Shown here piece by piece: positions 45,771 to 55,885 of a DNA stretch of 64,000 nt. Source of the DNA: an uncultured virus (IMG/VR IMGVR_UViG_3300012933_000168) (lineage: Duplodnaviria > Heunggongvirae > Uroviricota > Caudoviricetes). Position 1 is the stretch's first letter. Each line of letters opens with the position of its first letter. Location of the stretch: the IMG/VR virus record IMGVR_UViG_3300012933_000168. One strand, 5' to 3'. Under the pieces are notes generated by a model. That model searched no databases. It had not been told where the DNA came from and worked only from the letters and a program-made list of their open reading frames with translations. The translations under genes and the position numbers were made by a program.

Positions 45771-47553
45771 AGTTCAAGGGCAACTCCATGCCCCACTTGG
45801 GTCGGATGCGCATACACATCTCGACGTATTCCACAGCAGTCTTAACTTCCTCGGTCTTGACGATACAAGCCACCGCGTCATGCACAGTCATCACAACGTG
45901 GTACTTCTTGGCAATCATCAGCATTTGGTCGCCGATGATGATACGCGCTAGGGCTTGGCATACGTTTTCGATTACCTTCCCGCCGTAGATGCGGTTGGGG
46001 ATAACGGCTCGGCCCTTCTTGGTGTCATACACAATCTCGGTTTTGCCTGTTTCCTCGTCGGCCTTCTGACGCAGGTTGGGGTAGCGGATATACAAGCCGT
46101 TGGGCAAGCGGATGCCGTCCTTACCTTCGATCTTCAAGATGCCGTCACGTCCTAACATTGTTAGCTGGCCCCTAAGAATCGCCTCCAGCGCCGTACCGGC
46201 TTCTTTCCACAGCTTCGTGATTCGTGGGTATGTAGCTCGATATGTGTCAATGATTCGTTTCGCCTCATCGAGCTCGACGATGACGCCGAAGTTCTTAAGC
46301 TGAGCTTGAAATTTCGCCGCGCCCATGCCGTACCCCGCCCCAAGAATCGTTGTCTTTCCAACAAAGCGCTCATCTTTCGATATATCCGCAACGTCCTTGC
46401 CGTAGATAGCCGATGCCATGATTTTGTAAACGTCCTCGCCACGGTCAAATGCCTCCACTAAGTCGTCTTGCCCAGCTAGCCATGCTAGCGTACGGGCTTC
46501 AATTTGTGATGAGTCAGAGTCGATCATCAGATACCCCGCAGGTGCGAGGATAGATTTCTTCAGCGCTGACCCCCTCGGCAAGTTCTGAAGATTAAGTTTG
46601 TCATCGCCCCCCCATCGCCCAGTGTGGGCGGCGTAATAACGGAGGGGAACTGGCATGGCACCTCGCTGAGCAATCCCAATAAAACGTTCAGTTCTCGACT
46701 CCTCAATCGTAGATTTCGTACCCAGTCGGGCGGCGACGAGTGCTTGTACGGACGGATTCGGATGTTCGAGAAGTTCTTTGAACGCCTCGTCTGTCTTTGC
46801 GAAGGCATAGGTTTCCTTTCCAGTAGCAGGGCTCTTCTTCATCGGTGGCGCGACACCGAGTACCGTGAGTAGCTCGGCGAACTTGGGGTTGCTCATCAGC
46901 GTGTCTTTGTCGAAGTTCTCCAGCAGCTCAGCTTTGCGTTGCTGTTCTTTCAGCAGATGGACGCGCAACATACTCTCATCCAGTTGCAAGACTGGCTCGG
47001 TAAACATACGGATGGTCAGGTCGATCAAGCGCAACTCAGTCGGCGGGAAGTCTTGACTCATGCAGTTGAACAAGTCCCATGTCAGGCGCACGTCGTTCTT
47101 ACAGTACTCACCATACTGGGCTAGCTGTTCCTTGGGGAAGTCAGTGCGGCGCAATCCCTTCGCATCGTTGACCTCAGTGCCCTTCTCGCCGATGCCGTAG
47201 AACTCCGCCAGAACCTTCAGGCTACCGCCTACGTTCGTACCGTGAAGAGCGCGGCCCATAGATAGCGTGTCAAGCCAACCCTTCGGCTTGATTTGGAAAT
47301 GCTCGGTCAGGATGAACCCGTCGAACATAGCGTTGTGCGCCAGCGCAAGGGAGTTCTCCCAATCGAATTGCTTGAGGAACGCATACGTACCGATGGAGTC
47401 ACCTGTGTACCACTCAGGTTCACCGTCATTGACCTGCACAGCCACACCCACAACTTCAAAGCGTGGGTCGCGTACGTATTCCTCAGTAGTCTGTTTAGAG
47501 AAGCCAAGGTCGGCCCCATACGCCGACTCAAAGTCAATAGTAATAATATCCAT
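45733..47553 (-). CDS. polA: Family A DNA polymerase with 3'-5' exonuclease
   Basis: TIDFES, AHNAMFD, HTGRW, NLQNLP, DSSQIEAR, KTTILGAGYG, VHD. Confidence 0.95.
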   Translation of the reverse strand: MDIITIDFESAYGADLGFSKQTTEEYVRDPRFEVVGVAVQVNDGEPEWYTGDSIGTYAFLKQFDWENSLALAHNAMFDGFILTEHFQIKPKGWLDTLSMGRALHGTNVGGSLKVLAEFYGIGEKGTEVNDAKGLRRTDFPKEQLAQYGEYCKNDVRLTWDLFNCMSQDFPPTELRLIDLTIRMFTEPVLQLDESMLRVHLLKEQQRKAELLENFDKDTLMSNPKFAELLTVLGVAPPMKKSPATGKETYAFAKTDEAFKELLEHPNPSVQALVAARLGTKSTIEESRTERFIGIAQRGAMPVPLRYYAAHTGRWGGDDKLNLQNLPRGSALKKSILAPAGYLMIDSDSSQIEARTLAWLAGQDDLVEAFDRGEDVYKIMASAIYGKDVADISKDERFVGKTTILGAGYGMGAAKFQAQLKNFGVIVELDEAKRIIDTYRATYPRITKLWKEAGTALEAILRGQLTMLGRDGILKIEGKDGIRLPNGLYIRYPNLRQKADEETGKTEIVYDTKKGRAVIPNRIYGGKVIENVCQALARIIIGDQMLMIAKKYHVVMTVHDAVACIVKTEEVKTAVEYVEMCMRIRPKWGMELPLNCESGYGESYGDC

Positions 47554-48041
47554 CAGTACGATTCCCCTCTAACAATTAAACTAATCACTCTTTGGCTTAC
47601 ATCGAATTTGTTCGCCAGTTGTTTTTGTGTGAGCCCATGCACCTCGTAAGCCCTGCGGATTTCCGCAGCTTGCTTGTTGGTCAGCTTTGCATTTGCATGA
47701 TTCTCACCCTTGGGTTGCGCCCTACGCTTCTTAGCATAGGCGTCTAGTTGGTTGTCTGCGTACGAGCCAATGAAGAAATGCGTTGGGTTACAGCACTTGC
47801 GGTTGTCACACTTGTGCAGTACGTGGGCTTTCTCCTTCGAGTTAGTCGGCCTCGCTGGGTCTGCTACCAAATCGCTAAGCCAAGCGGCAACCCTGTGTGC
47901 CGTGTACGTCTTACCGTGCCACGCCACCGTACCGTAACCTGTGTTGTTACACGCACCCTGCCACTCCCAACACCCGTTGCGCTGACGCCTATCCCCTTGG
48001 ACTCGCGCCCAAAAAGATTCTGCTGTTTGCTTTTTTGCCAC
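47553..48041 (-). CDS. HNH homing endonuclease
   Basis: CWEWQG..GYG, AHRVA, VLHKCDNRKCCNP.H, C-terminal HTH. Confidence 0.9.
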   Translation of the reverse strand: MAKKQTAESFWARVQGDRRQRNGCWEWQGACNNTGYGTVAWHGKTYTAHRVAAWLSDLVADPARPTNSKEKAHVLHKCDNRKCCNPTHFFIGSYADNQLDAYAKKRRAQPKGENHANAKLTNKQAAEIRRAYEVHGLTQKQLANKFDVSQRVISLIVRGESY

Positions 48042-48181
48042 GTTAGACTCCTAAAACGTATTCGTATCCAGTGTACCACCTTCTTTGATAGCCCACCAAA
48101 TATCCACCGCTTTTTTAACGCGCTCTTTGTCTACGCCCTGTTGCCATAGGTATTCCATGACGAGGGCAAGTTGCTCGGCGG

Positions 48182-48679
48182 TCATTTAAAAATTCCTGAA
48201 AGAAAACCGCCGCTGTTGGTTGTTATACCTGTTGAGTTTTGCGCGGCGTTTTGTATGGGATGGATTTGGCCGGGAGCGCCAATTTGTGCTGTTGTATATG
48301 TACCTGTGCTGTTCATCATTTGATTCTGAATCATCGCCCTTTGTTGGGCTTGGTACATCTGCTGTTTCATCTTCAACCGCTCCATCTCAGCTTCACGTTC
48401 TTCCGCGCCGTCGTCAAAGATTTTCTCCATGACTTCCTTCTCCATGCGGGTGCGGTGGTACTTCTTCCATGCTTCGAGCAGTGCCTCTTTGTCGGCATCG
48501 TTCAGAAACCAGTAGGCGTATCTCTTACCCTCGTCGAGTCCAGCCAACCCGTAAAGAGCGCCAGCCGTTTCGCCAAACTTGGCCTTGTTGTATAGCTCCC
48601 CGTTGTAAACGTCAAAGTCTTCGGGGTGTGATTCCATCCGTGCAATCAGCACGGTCACTGCGTTAGATAGTTCGCTCAT
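48182..48679 (-). CDS. Hypothetical protein, paralog A
   Basis: IARMESHPEDF. Confidence 0.75.
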   Translation of the reverse strand: MSELSNAVTVLIARMESHPEDFDVYNGELYNKAKFGETAGALYGLAGLDEGKRYAYWFLNDADKEALLEAWKKYHRTRMEKEVMEKIFDDGAEEREAEMERLKMKQQMYQAQQRAMIQNQMMNSTGTYTTAQIGAPGQIHPIQNAAQNSTGITTNSGGFLSGIFK

Positions 48680-49035
48680 TTTGCTGGCCCGTTCATGCGT
48701 TTAATCATCTCCGCTTGTGCGGCGTTGATAATCATCTTCGTTGGGGGTTGGTACGTGTTCGCCATGAGGGTCTTCGTCACACTTTCGTCGGCGTACTCGT
48801 CTTCCGTTTCGTCAGGCATGATTGTGGCTATCGCCTTATGCGTAATCTCCAAGCGACGAACCTTGGTCATGCCCGAATGGAGCGCGGCCTTCTCAGGCTC
48901 ACTCATTACCTCGCGCAAGTTCTCGCTAAAAATCCAGCGCCACTTGCTGTTCGTCTCCCCCAAGCCAAAGAACTCTTCGGGGTGTGTTTCCATACGGGCC
49001 AAGATGATGCCCACGCCTTCGTTTACTTCACTCAT
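48676..49035 (-). CDS. Hypothetical protein, paralog B
   Basis: LARMETHPEEF; AAGGAG RBS. Confidence 0.75.
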   Translation of the reverse strand: MSEVNEGVGIILARMETHPEEFFGLGETNSKWRWIFSENLREVMSEPEKAALHSGMTKVRRLEITHKAIATIMPDETEDEYADESVTKTLMANTYQPPTKMIINAAQAEMIKRMNGPAK

Positions 49036-49327
49036 TTCCAAACTCCTTGATGTACGCTTCAAAATTCTCTAGGTTCGATTCCCGAACCACCCACGCATCG
49101 CCTTCGGCTTTCTCAATATCTCGGATGTTCTTCTCTTGCAACGCTGTCGGTATACCTTTACCGGCTTTCGCTTCAACTGCTAAGAACTTGCCCTTGATAC
49201 AACACAAGAAGTCAGGGACTCCACTGTTGCCGTACCCCGTGCCCATCGGCATCGCGTAGTACACGCCGTGTTCTTTCAGAATCTTCTTTATCTTCTCTTT
49301 GACTTTCGCTTCGGGTGTTGATGCCAT
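49028..49327 (-). CDS. VRR-NUC nuclease (resolvase-like)
   Basis: PEAKVK..GVPDFL..AVEAKAG..TALQ. Confidence 0.88.
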   Translation of the reverse strand: MASTPEAKVKEKIKKILKEHGVYYAMPMGTGYGNSGVPDFLCCIKGKFLAVEAKAGKGIPTALQEKNIRDIEKAEGDAWVVRESNLENFEAYIKEFGNE

Positions 49328-49387
49328 GATACTCTCTAATTAGACTTTGTCAAGAGGGCTAACATTGTTAGCCCCCCGTGTTTTTAC

Positions 49388-50008
49388 TTAAACTTGGCCG
49401 CGCTCTTTCAAGATAGCCATACCTGCATACACGATAGCGCCGAACACTTCTTGCTCAAATGCTTCGCCTGTGCGGGTACTCGCGGCCTCTTCCAATTTCT
49501 TGGTGGCTTGGCCTGTTGCAAAACCACGACCGTGCATCTTGGTGTAGTGCGCCCAAGGTTGTTCCAAGAATGGAGTACGCGCACCGCCATGACGTTCGCC
49601 TTTACCGTGCATAGCTTGCTTGATCGCATCCATGAATACGTGGTACAGCGGGTGGTCTTCAACGCGGTCGGCTTGCGGTTCTTCCATTGTGATGCGCTCG
49701 ACGTTCTCCATCAGCATCTTGCCTGTCACGGGGTGCATACGTTGACGGCCTTTGGTCAGTTCGTAGATTCGCTCGGCCTCTTCCTTGAACGGCATCGCGG
49801 GTTCTTTGCTCGTGGTCGTAGTTACGTGCCTCCACTTCAACTGCTTCGGCACTTTCACGCTCAGCTTCTTGTCGTCGTGGCGGATAGCGTATACGTAAGC
49901 GGGGGTAATACCACACGCCTTAGCTACATCGACGGCGGTTGCCTTTGGGTGCGCCGCTTGGTATGCGCGGACTTTAGATGCTTTGCTCGGTTTAGTCGCT
50001 GTTGTCAT
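49388..50008 (-). CDS. Two-domain protein (N-terminal HTH-like; C-terminal GKGERHG domain)
   Basis: GGAG RBS; AVDVAKACGITPAYVY. Confidence 0.7.
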   Translation of the reverse strand: MTTATKPSKASKVRAYQAAHPKATAVDVAKACGITPAYVYAIRHDDKKLSVKVPKQLKWRHVTTTTSKEPAMPFKEEAERIYELTKGRQRMHPVTGKMLMENVERITMEEPQADRVEDHPLYHVFMDAIKQAMHGKGERHGGARTPFLEQPWAHYTKMHGRGFATGQATKKLEEAASTRTGEAFEQEVFGAIVYAGMAILKERGQV

Positions 50009-50009
50009 T

Positions 50010-50207
50010 TCAATATTCTCCAGTTTGGGTTTGTACATAGTTGGTTAGAACTTCTCGGATTTTGGCTTGCTTGTTGGGAAAGGTCTCGAAATACTCGATC
50101 ACCTCTCGCGGCAAACGCAAGCTCGTATTAACAAAGGTCGGCTTCTTACCGGGACCGCGCCCTTGTCGTTTTTTCTCGGGTTTCAGATATTCAATTCCAG
50201 TTGTCAT
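50010..50207 (-). CDS. BrnA-antitoxin-like ribbon-helix-helix protein
   Basis: GRGPGKKP..TSLRLPREVIEYF..QAKIREVL. Confidence 0.65.
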   Translation of the reverse strand: MTTGIEYLKPEKKRQGRGPGKKPTFVNTSLRLPREVIEYFETFPNKQAKIREVLTNYVQTQTGEY

Positions 50208-50225
50208 AGCAGTGCTTCCTCTTCA

Positions 50226-51231
50226 TCAGGGAAAAAAGTTGTGTTTGAGTTTTTCGGAAAGAGTTTTGGATTGAGCCTTGTGAACGGCCACCAAGCGTTC
50301 AGCTCGGCCTGAGTCAATCGGCGTGATGGCGATACGGACTTTGACGGGGAACAATGTTTCTCCGTTTGCTTGCGCCCACTCTTTAGCGGCTTTTCTCGCG
50401 TCGAACATGATGTAGCCGATACCTTCGTCAACCTTGACATAGTTTCCTTTCAGTGTGCGTAGTGTGTACTTGGTTACGTGTACTGTTTGCATTACGACAC
50501 CTCTTTGTTAATATTTTCATCAATCCATGCCTGTACCTCTGACCCGCTCCACATCTTGCGAAGCATCGTAGGAAACAGGACGCGTTGGCGTTGGGGTGTA
50601 TTTTTAAGCTGCTCAACGTCATGCACAGCATTACTCCAAGACATGATTACGCACTTGGGGTGGTCAACGATTGCGCCGACCTCATCACCCGGAATTACGT
50701 CCCGATACACCACGGTCAGGTATTTACCGCTACGGTCAGGTTTCCAATCGCTCTGCATTACATCTTCTCCTTGATAGGCCGCATCCGTTTGGCGCGGTAC
50801 TCCTGCTCTACTATCTTCATCGCCAGCTCCATGTCACGCACCGTGGTGTTCTCCAGTTGTGCGTCGTGAATTTCCATGACTAGGTTCATAGCCTTGAGTT
50901 CCTCGGCCTTCAATATGAAGCGGCCACTCTCCACACCGCGTTTACCGACAGCGTGAAGTGCATCCAAGCCAGCCTTAATTTCGTCTTTCCAATCGTGGCC
51001 AAGCTCAGGGCGCAACATGATGTACGCCTCACACATATTGAACGCGCCAATCAGTACGTCAATAGTCGCTACCGTTGCATCACCACGACGCAATATGTCC
51101 ATCGCATCGTGGTTCTTGATTCGCAGGTCGGCACTCAGTGACACACTTGTAAACGGTTTCATGCCAGCCAGCACCCAGCTCACTGGGTCAGGGAACACAC
51201 CCTTGGGGCGATACTTAGAACGCTTTCTCAT
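50226..51231 (-). CDS. Three coupled hypothetical genes (50226-50492, 50492-50758, 50758-51231)
   Basis: TAATG overlaps and RBSs; 50492-50758 ends with the FPTMLRKMWSGSEVQAW motif. Confidence 0.65.
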
Positions 51232-51746
51232 TTCTTTGCCCTCAAAATAAACTTCAATGTGTCTGCGTCTTCCTCAGCCGCCACAATTTCAAAGTCGGCC
51301 TTGTAGATACTGCGGAAGTCACTCATGGATGTTTTGCCCACAGCAACGTAGCGCCACTGCTCCAAGAACACCAACTGCTCCTTCTGCATCACACGGGTAT
51401 GTGACGGGTCGCCCAATGCCCACACCGAATGACGTGACGGGCACGTAGCCAGCAGGTAGCCGTTAGGTTTCAACACGCGCCAAAAGTCTGAGAACTGCCA
51501 AAAGAAAAACTTGTAGTCTCCCTGTGCGCCAGTATGCTCAAGCACCTCGTAAGCGTGAATCTCGTCAAAGGTATTCGCCTCGAACGGCAAACCCGACGGG
51601 CTGGTCAAGTCCCACACTACATCAGGCTTGTGGTCGTCGTTGTAGTCCAGCGTAGTCAGGCTGCTCCACGTATCAGCATCGGTAGGGTTGGCCTTCAGGC
51701 GCTTGCCCTTGTCGCTCCCGCAACCAATCAACAGCTCGGTCTTCAT
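51228..51746 (-). CDS. Class I SAM-dependent methyltransferase
   Basis: LLIGCG, LPFEANTFDEI, VLEH, RVLKPNG, DPSH. Confidence 0.85.
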   Translation of the reverse strand: MKTELLIGCGSDKGKRLKANPTDADTWSSLTTLDYNDDHKPDVVWDLTSPSGLPFEANTFDEIHAYEVLEHTGAQGDYKFFFWQFSDFWRVLKPNGYLLATCPSRHSVWALGDPSHTRVMQKEQLVFLEQWRYVAVGKTSMSDFRSIYKADFEIVAAEEDADTLKFILRAKK

Positions 51747-53398
51747 ACGCCCATACCTCGCATCGTCATCACCACAGCAATCTGCTCGGCGAGTGGTCGG
51801 CTCTCGTCCAAGATGTAGTACTCGGTCTTCCAATCAGGGCCGTGGCTATTCCGCTGATACGACTGCACCTCTAGCATCTTGCCGTTCATCACATCCATCA
51901 CAGCCACGCGCACCTTGGGGCGTGGTTTGTCCACAGCTTCGTCTGCCGTTGCCAAAGCAGGTGCATAAAACTCTCGCTCACGGTCTTTGTCGGTCATCAC
52001 CCACGTAATAAATTTTTTCAGCGCCTTCTTCATTTCTTCTCTCCTTGTTCACGTTGGATTCGTTCAAACTCGTCGTCTTCTGCCTTGGCATCATCCTGCT
52101 TTTTCTTGTTTCCCCAAATCAAATCGTAGTTACTGCCGTATTTATTTTGATCTGTTGGGCGTTGGGTATCACCCTTGCCGCCATCACCGTGTGTCATTGC
52201 TTCACTCCTTTGGGCATACCTGCACCACTGAAATAGTTGAAGTCCCTCGGCTTGAGCGCGAGTTCCTTTTTCTTGGCTAGGTCTAACCGTGCTTGTTCCT
52301 TGGAAATCTTTACGGATAGCGACTTAGTCACAGTCTTCAATGGTTTCCTGTTGACCTTCAGCTTCTTCTCCTCACGCACTTCGCGGTTAGCCGCATGGGT
52401 GCGAAAGTCTTTCATCAGGTCAGGCATATACGTCTTCACGTAGTCGGGGTGGAACGCGTTCATGGCACTCTCCTTTCCATCATGTTGCACTTCTTACAGA
52501 ATCGCATCTGTGTTTTGTTTTCTTCCTTGGTCTCCCACATACCCCAGTTGTGTCGGCACCAGTCGTTGTTCAGCCATCGTTCAAAGATAACCTTCCCCAT
52601 AACCCACACAGCACATACGGCAACCGTAAAGCCAAACGTGCTGGCAACAAGCCAAAATTCATTCATTGCATAGCCCTCAGTTGTGCGAACAAGCCCCAAA
52701 ACTTGGCGGTCTTCGGGTCTTCCTCACCTGCATCCAATGCGTTACACACGCTCTCGGCTTCCTCCACCAGCTTCTTCATCACCTCGGCCACGTTCGCACC
52801 TTGCTCAAAGCCCAGTTCGTAGGCGTTGCCCATTGCCGTGATGGTGTTCTCATCACAGCTAACACTGCGTAACAGCGTAGTCATATCGTCTTTTGTCATA
52901 TCAATCTTTCAAGAACCATGTTTCTAAAAATTCGTTCACTGCTAGGTACACAAAGATGATGCCAATAAACATCACGATGCCCACACCCATCAGTAAACAA
53001 ATCAACCCAATGTTTACCAAGTCGCTATCCATTACACCTGCTCCTTACGTGCAAAGTCCACACGCATGAACAGAGCCCAACCAAACAGCCCAGTGCTGAT
53101 AGCGTAGAACATCCTGTCAGTACGCTCCCACATGAACGGGTCTGTGTCTGCGCCCACGATAGCCATGAACGGGTACACCATCAGCGCCGACACTATGAAC
53201 GGCACGATACAAGTCAATATTTCTTTCAGTTCTTTCATTTGAATTTCCTCGTTAGGTTTTTGTCAGCCCACTCTGTGAACTTCTTGTCTGTGTTTGCTAT
53301 CTTGCTGGCGCTCTTTGGCGGCGGTATCTTCCTCGGCTTCGGCTTGGGTTTCGGTTTAACCAACTCCCCGTTCTCGTACTTAGGCCAAGGTGCGTTAG
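51743..53398 (-). CDS. Run of small hypothetical early genes (51743-52033, 52030-52197, 52194-52463, 52460-52666, 52663-52899, 53032-53238 and neighbours)
   Basis: Consecutive ATGA/TAATG overlaps on the minus strand; several have TM segments. Confidence 0.6.
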
Positions 53399-53637
53399 GT
53401 GCTAGTACTGTTTTCATTCTTCTCCTTGTGTTCAGTGGCCATACGGCGGTACTGAGAAATGTTGTTCTTGATTGCGCGGGGGTCGGCACTTGAGTTCTTA
53501 CTGATGATCTGAGCTTGTGGAAAGTCAGCGAACACAATAAGAAAGTGCGAACCGTTGCGTGGATGGACTTCAGTTATCGTCAGTCCAGCCTTCTCGTACT
53601 CAACTAGTTGCTTGCGTAGGACTTTCGGGAACTTCAT
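53395..53637 (-). CDS. HicA-like (dsRBD-fold) protein
   Basis: AGL......NGSHFLI....SS.DPRAIKN..SQYRR; ATGA-coupled. Confidence 0.55.
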   Translation of the reverse strand: MKFPKVLRKQLVEYEKAGLTITEVHPRNGSHFLIVFADFPQAQIISKNSSADPRAIKNNISQYRRMATEHKEKNENSTST

Positions 53638-53805
53638 ACCACTAGCTTCACCAATATGCCGATGACTAACAATGTTAGGGCGTAGAGAATAATGTCGTTG
53701 ATAGTCGGCGCGGGGCGCTTGTGCGCAATCCACCATTCACCTAGGCGGTCTTGGGGGAACGCCTCTTCTAGTGTGCGTGGGTAGCATCGGGTTGTAGGCC
53801 AACCT

Positions 53806-54639
53806 TCAAATTTGGGGTTTGGTTTCTTCATCTTCATTCTCCAAAATCAACACAAAACTTTCATCATTAACTCGGCAACCTATACCAGTTACCATCGCTT
53901 CCTTCTCCACCAGCTTGAGCATACCTAGCTTGCCGCGTAGCTCGACGGGTAAAGTCACATCATCATACAGTTGTACATTGTCACGTATCTTAACAATATA
54001 TTTGCTGTCTGCCAATACCACCAATGCAGTTCTGTTGTTCTGAAACGCCTTAATAGTTTCGGCAATCGTCACCATGTCGGCTCGGACATCCTCTAACATT
54101 GTTAGGTGTTCCAGCATAGCTGTATTGTGGTTGTGCTTCAGCTCCAAGATGTACTGACTCATGTTGGCTTTTGCCCACTTATACAAGTCGTTCTCAATCG
54201 GACGCTCATGCTCACGTTGCTTGCTTTGGTTGCGATAGCTTTGATTCTCCAGTACACCCTCGGCTACCACTAACGCTTTGTTGACACGCTCGGATAGATT
54301 CATCGGGCCGAATGTCTTCTTCACTCGCAGGTACGCTTTGTCTACCTTGTCGGTGTGGTATGCGTTCTTACGTGTGTTGTTAGCACCAATGCGGTCGTTA
54401 CGCACAAACAGCTTCTGACTACTGCCGTACCACTCAGAGCCGATATAGCCCAGCTCCTCACTACCATCTACCACACGGAATGTACGGAACCCCACCACCT
54501 CGACAGTCCATAGTGGATGCTTGGTCGCCACTTCCCACGCCAGCATCTTGGCCTCGCCATGTAGCTGGTTCTCGTCAATCGGTTTCTCATTCTTACCCAT
54601 ACGCACGTTGGGCAACTTCATCAATTCAATAGCCATCAT
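53806..54639 (-). CDS. Hypothetical protein, 277 aa
   Basis: GAGGA RBS; LP.ELRGKLGMLKL C-terminus. Confidence 0.8.
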   Translation of the reverse strand: MMAIELMKLPNVRMGKNEKPIDENQLHGEAKMLAWEVATKHPLWTVEVVGFRTFRVVDGSEELGYIGSEWYGSSQKLFVRNDRIGANNTRKNAYHTDKVDKAYLRVKKTFGPMNLSERVNKALVVAEGVLENQSYRNQSKQREHERPIENDLYKWAKANMSQYILELKHNHNTAMLEHLTMLEDVRADMVTIAETIKAFQNNRTALVVLADSKYIVKIRDNVQLYDDVTLPVELRGKLGMLKLVEKEAMVTGIGCRVNDESFVLILENEDEETKPQI

Positions 54640-55034
54640 TCAATCCTCTCTTAATAAATCTAACCACATCTTTACTTCGCTGGGCTTCACCCACTTCTTC
54701 AACACCTTGGTGCTGTGATGGAAACCCCAAAAGGTCTCACGCACAATGAAGTAGCGGTTGGTCTTCCCTGTCTCGTGCCGCTTGGCAAGATACTTTACGT
54801 TGTCATCCATACATCTTTTTCTCCGTTAAACAAAATCAAATTCAAATACGCGACAGCTTCATCGTCTGACAAATCCCGTGCCACTACTTCAGTAGTCCAA
54901 CCACTTCGGGGGCCCATACTTGTACGGGTGATAGACCACCCTGTCGGTTGGCTGGCTAGCCCATACTCATGTATGGCGTTACTACTGTTCACGCGCCACG
55001 CATACCCCTGCGTTAATTGTTCTTTGACTACCAT
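54640..55034 (-). CDS. Two small paralog-family genes (54640-54810, 54795-55034)
   Basis: Overlapping ORFs ending in strand-helix motifs KVLKKWVKPSEVKMWLDLL and EVVARDLSDDEAVAYLNLI. Confidence 0.6.
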
Positions 55035-55885
55035 TCAAACTTCTGCAAAATCGCATCTACCTTGTTCTTCAAGTTCTCACGAACCATCGAACTCTCTTTG
55101 ATGTACTCAATGTCAGCACCGAGCATCGTCTGCTCCAACTGCTTACGTGCTTCCTCCAGCTTGGGGTCGTTCGTAATGTTCATCTTGTCCAGCAAGCCAC
55201 ACAAGTCCACAGCATTGGTCACGAGCGAGTCGTGGTAACGCTTCTTGGTATCGCCAAACTCATCCTCGTCCTTCAGCTTCTCTGACATGGCGGTCAACAC
55301 ACTGTGCAGTCGCTCCCATGGGGTACGCATAGCCTCGGCCAATCGCTCGTCGAACTTGGCTTCATAGTTAGACTTCATCTCCTCTAACTCATTCGCTGAT
55401 ATGTCCAAGCGAAAGTCACCAGACTCAGGTATCGGGTCAATCGCCATACGGAAACCGAACTTCATCTGCACCTCTGCAATGTCAGGGTAGTCACTCGCTC
55501 GGTACATCGTGCCCAAGTGCGTCTGTGCTTCGCTAACCAACTGCGGGTAGGCGATAAAGAAGTTACTGCACATCTGCTTGAACTGTGCCTCGTAGTTGTT
55601 CATCGTCTGCTTGTATTCCATGAACAGCTTGGTCGGCAACAGTCGCTGGCCCTTGTCGGCCCAAGGCATCGTGTGCTGGTTGTGATAGAGGCGTATACGC
55701 GCCGCCAGCTTCTCAATGTCTTTGCGTAGTGACGTACCTGCAAACAGATTCTTCCTTGTCTGCGAGGCATCACGTACTGCTGACGCATTGGCATTTACTG
55801 TGTCCGTCATCTCTCGGTCAACCTTGTTGGCTGGCCACACACTTATGTTCAGTTCCACTAGAACCGCGCTTGATGCAATACTCAT
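55028..55885 (-). CDS. DUF3150-like protein
   Basis: VELNISVW..K.D; HTMPWADKG.RLLP; DYP; LL..MNITNDP.L. Confidence 0.65.
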   Translation of the reverse strand: MSIASSAVLVELNISVWPANKVDREMTDTVNANASAVRDASQTRKNLFAGTSLRKDIEKLAARIRLYHNQHTMPWADKGQRLLPTKLFMEYKQTMNNYEAQFKQMCSNFFIAYPQLVSEAQTHLGTMYRASDYPDIAEVQMKFGFRMAIDPIPESGDFRLDISANELEEMKSNYEAKFDERLAEAMRTPWERLHSVLTAMSEKLKDEDEFGDTKKRYHDSLVTNAVDLCGLLDKMNITNDPKLEEARKQLEQTMLGADIEYIKESSMVRENLKNKVDAILQKFEW

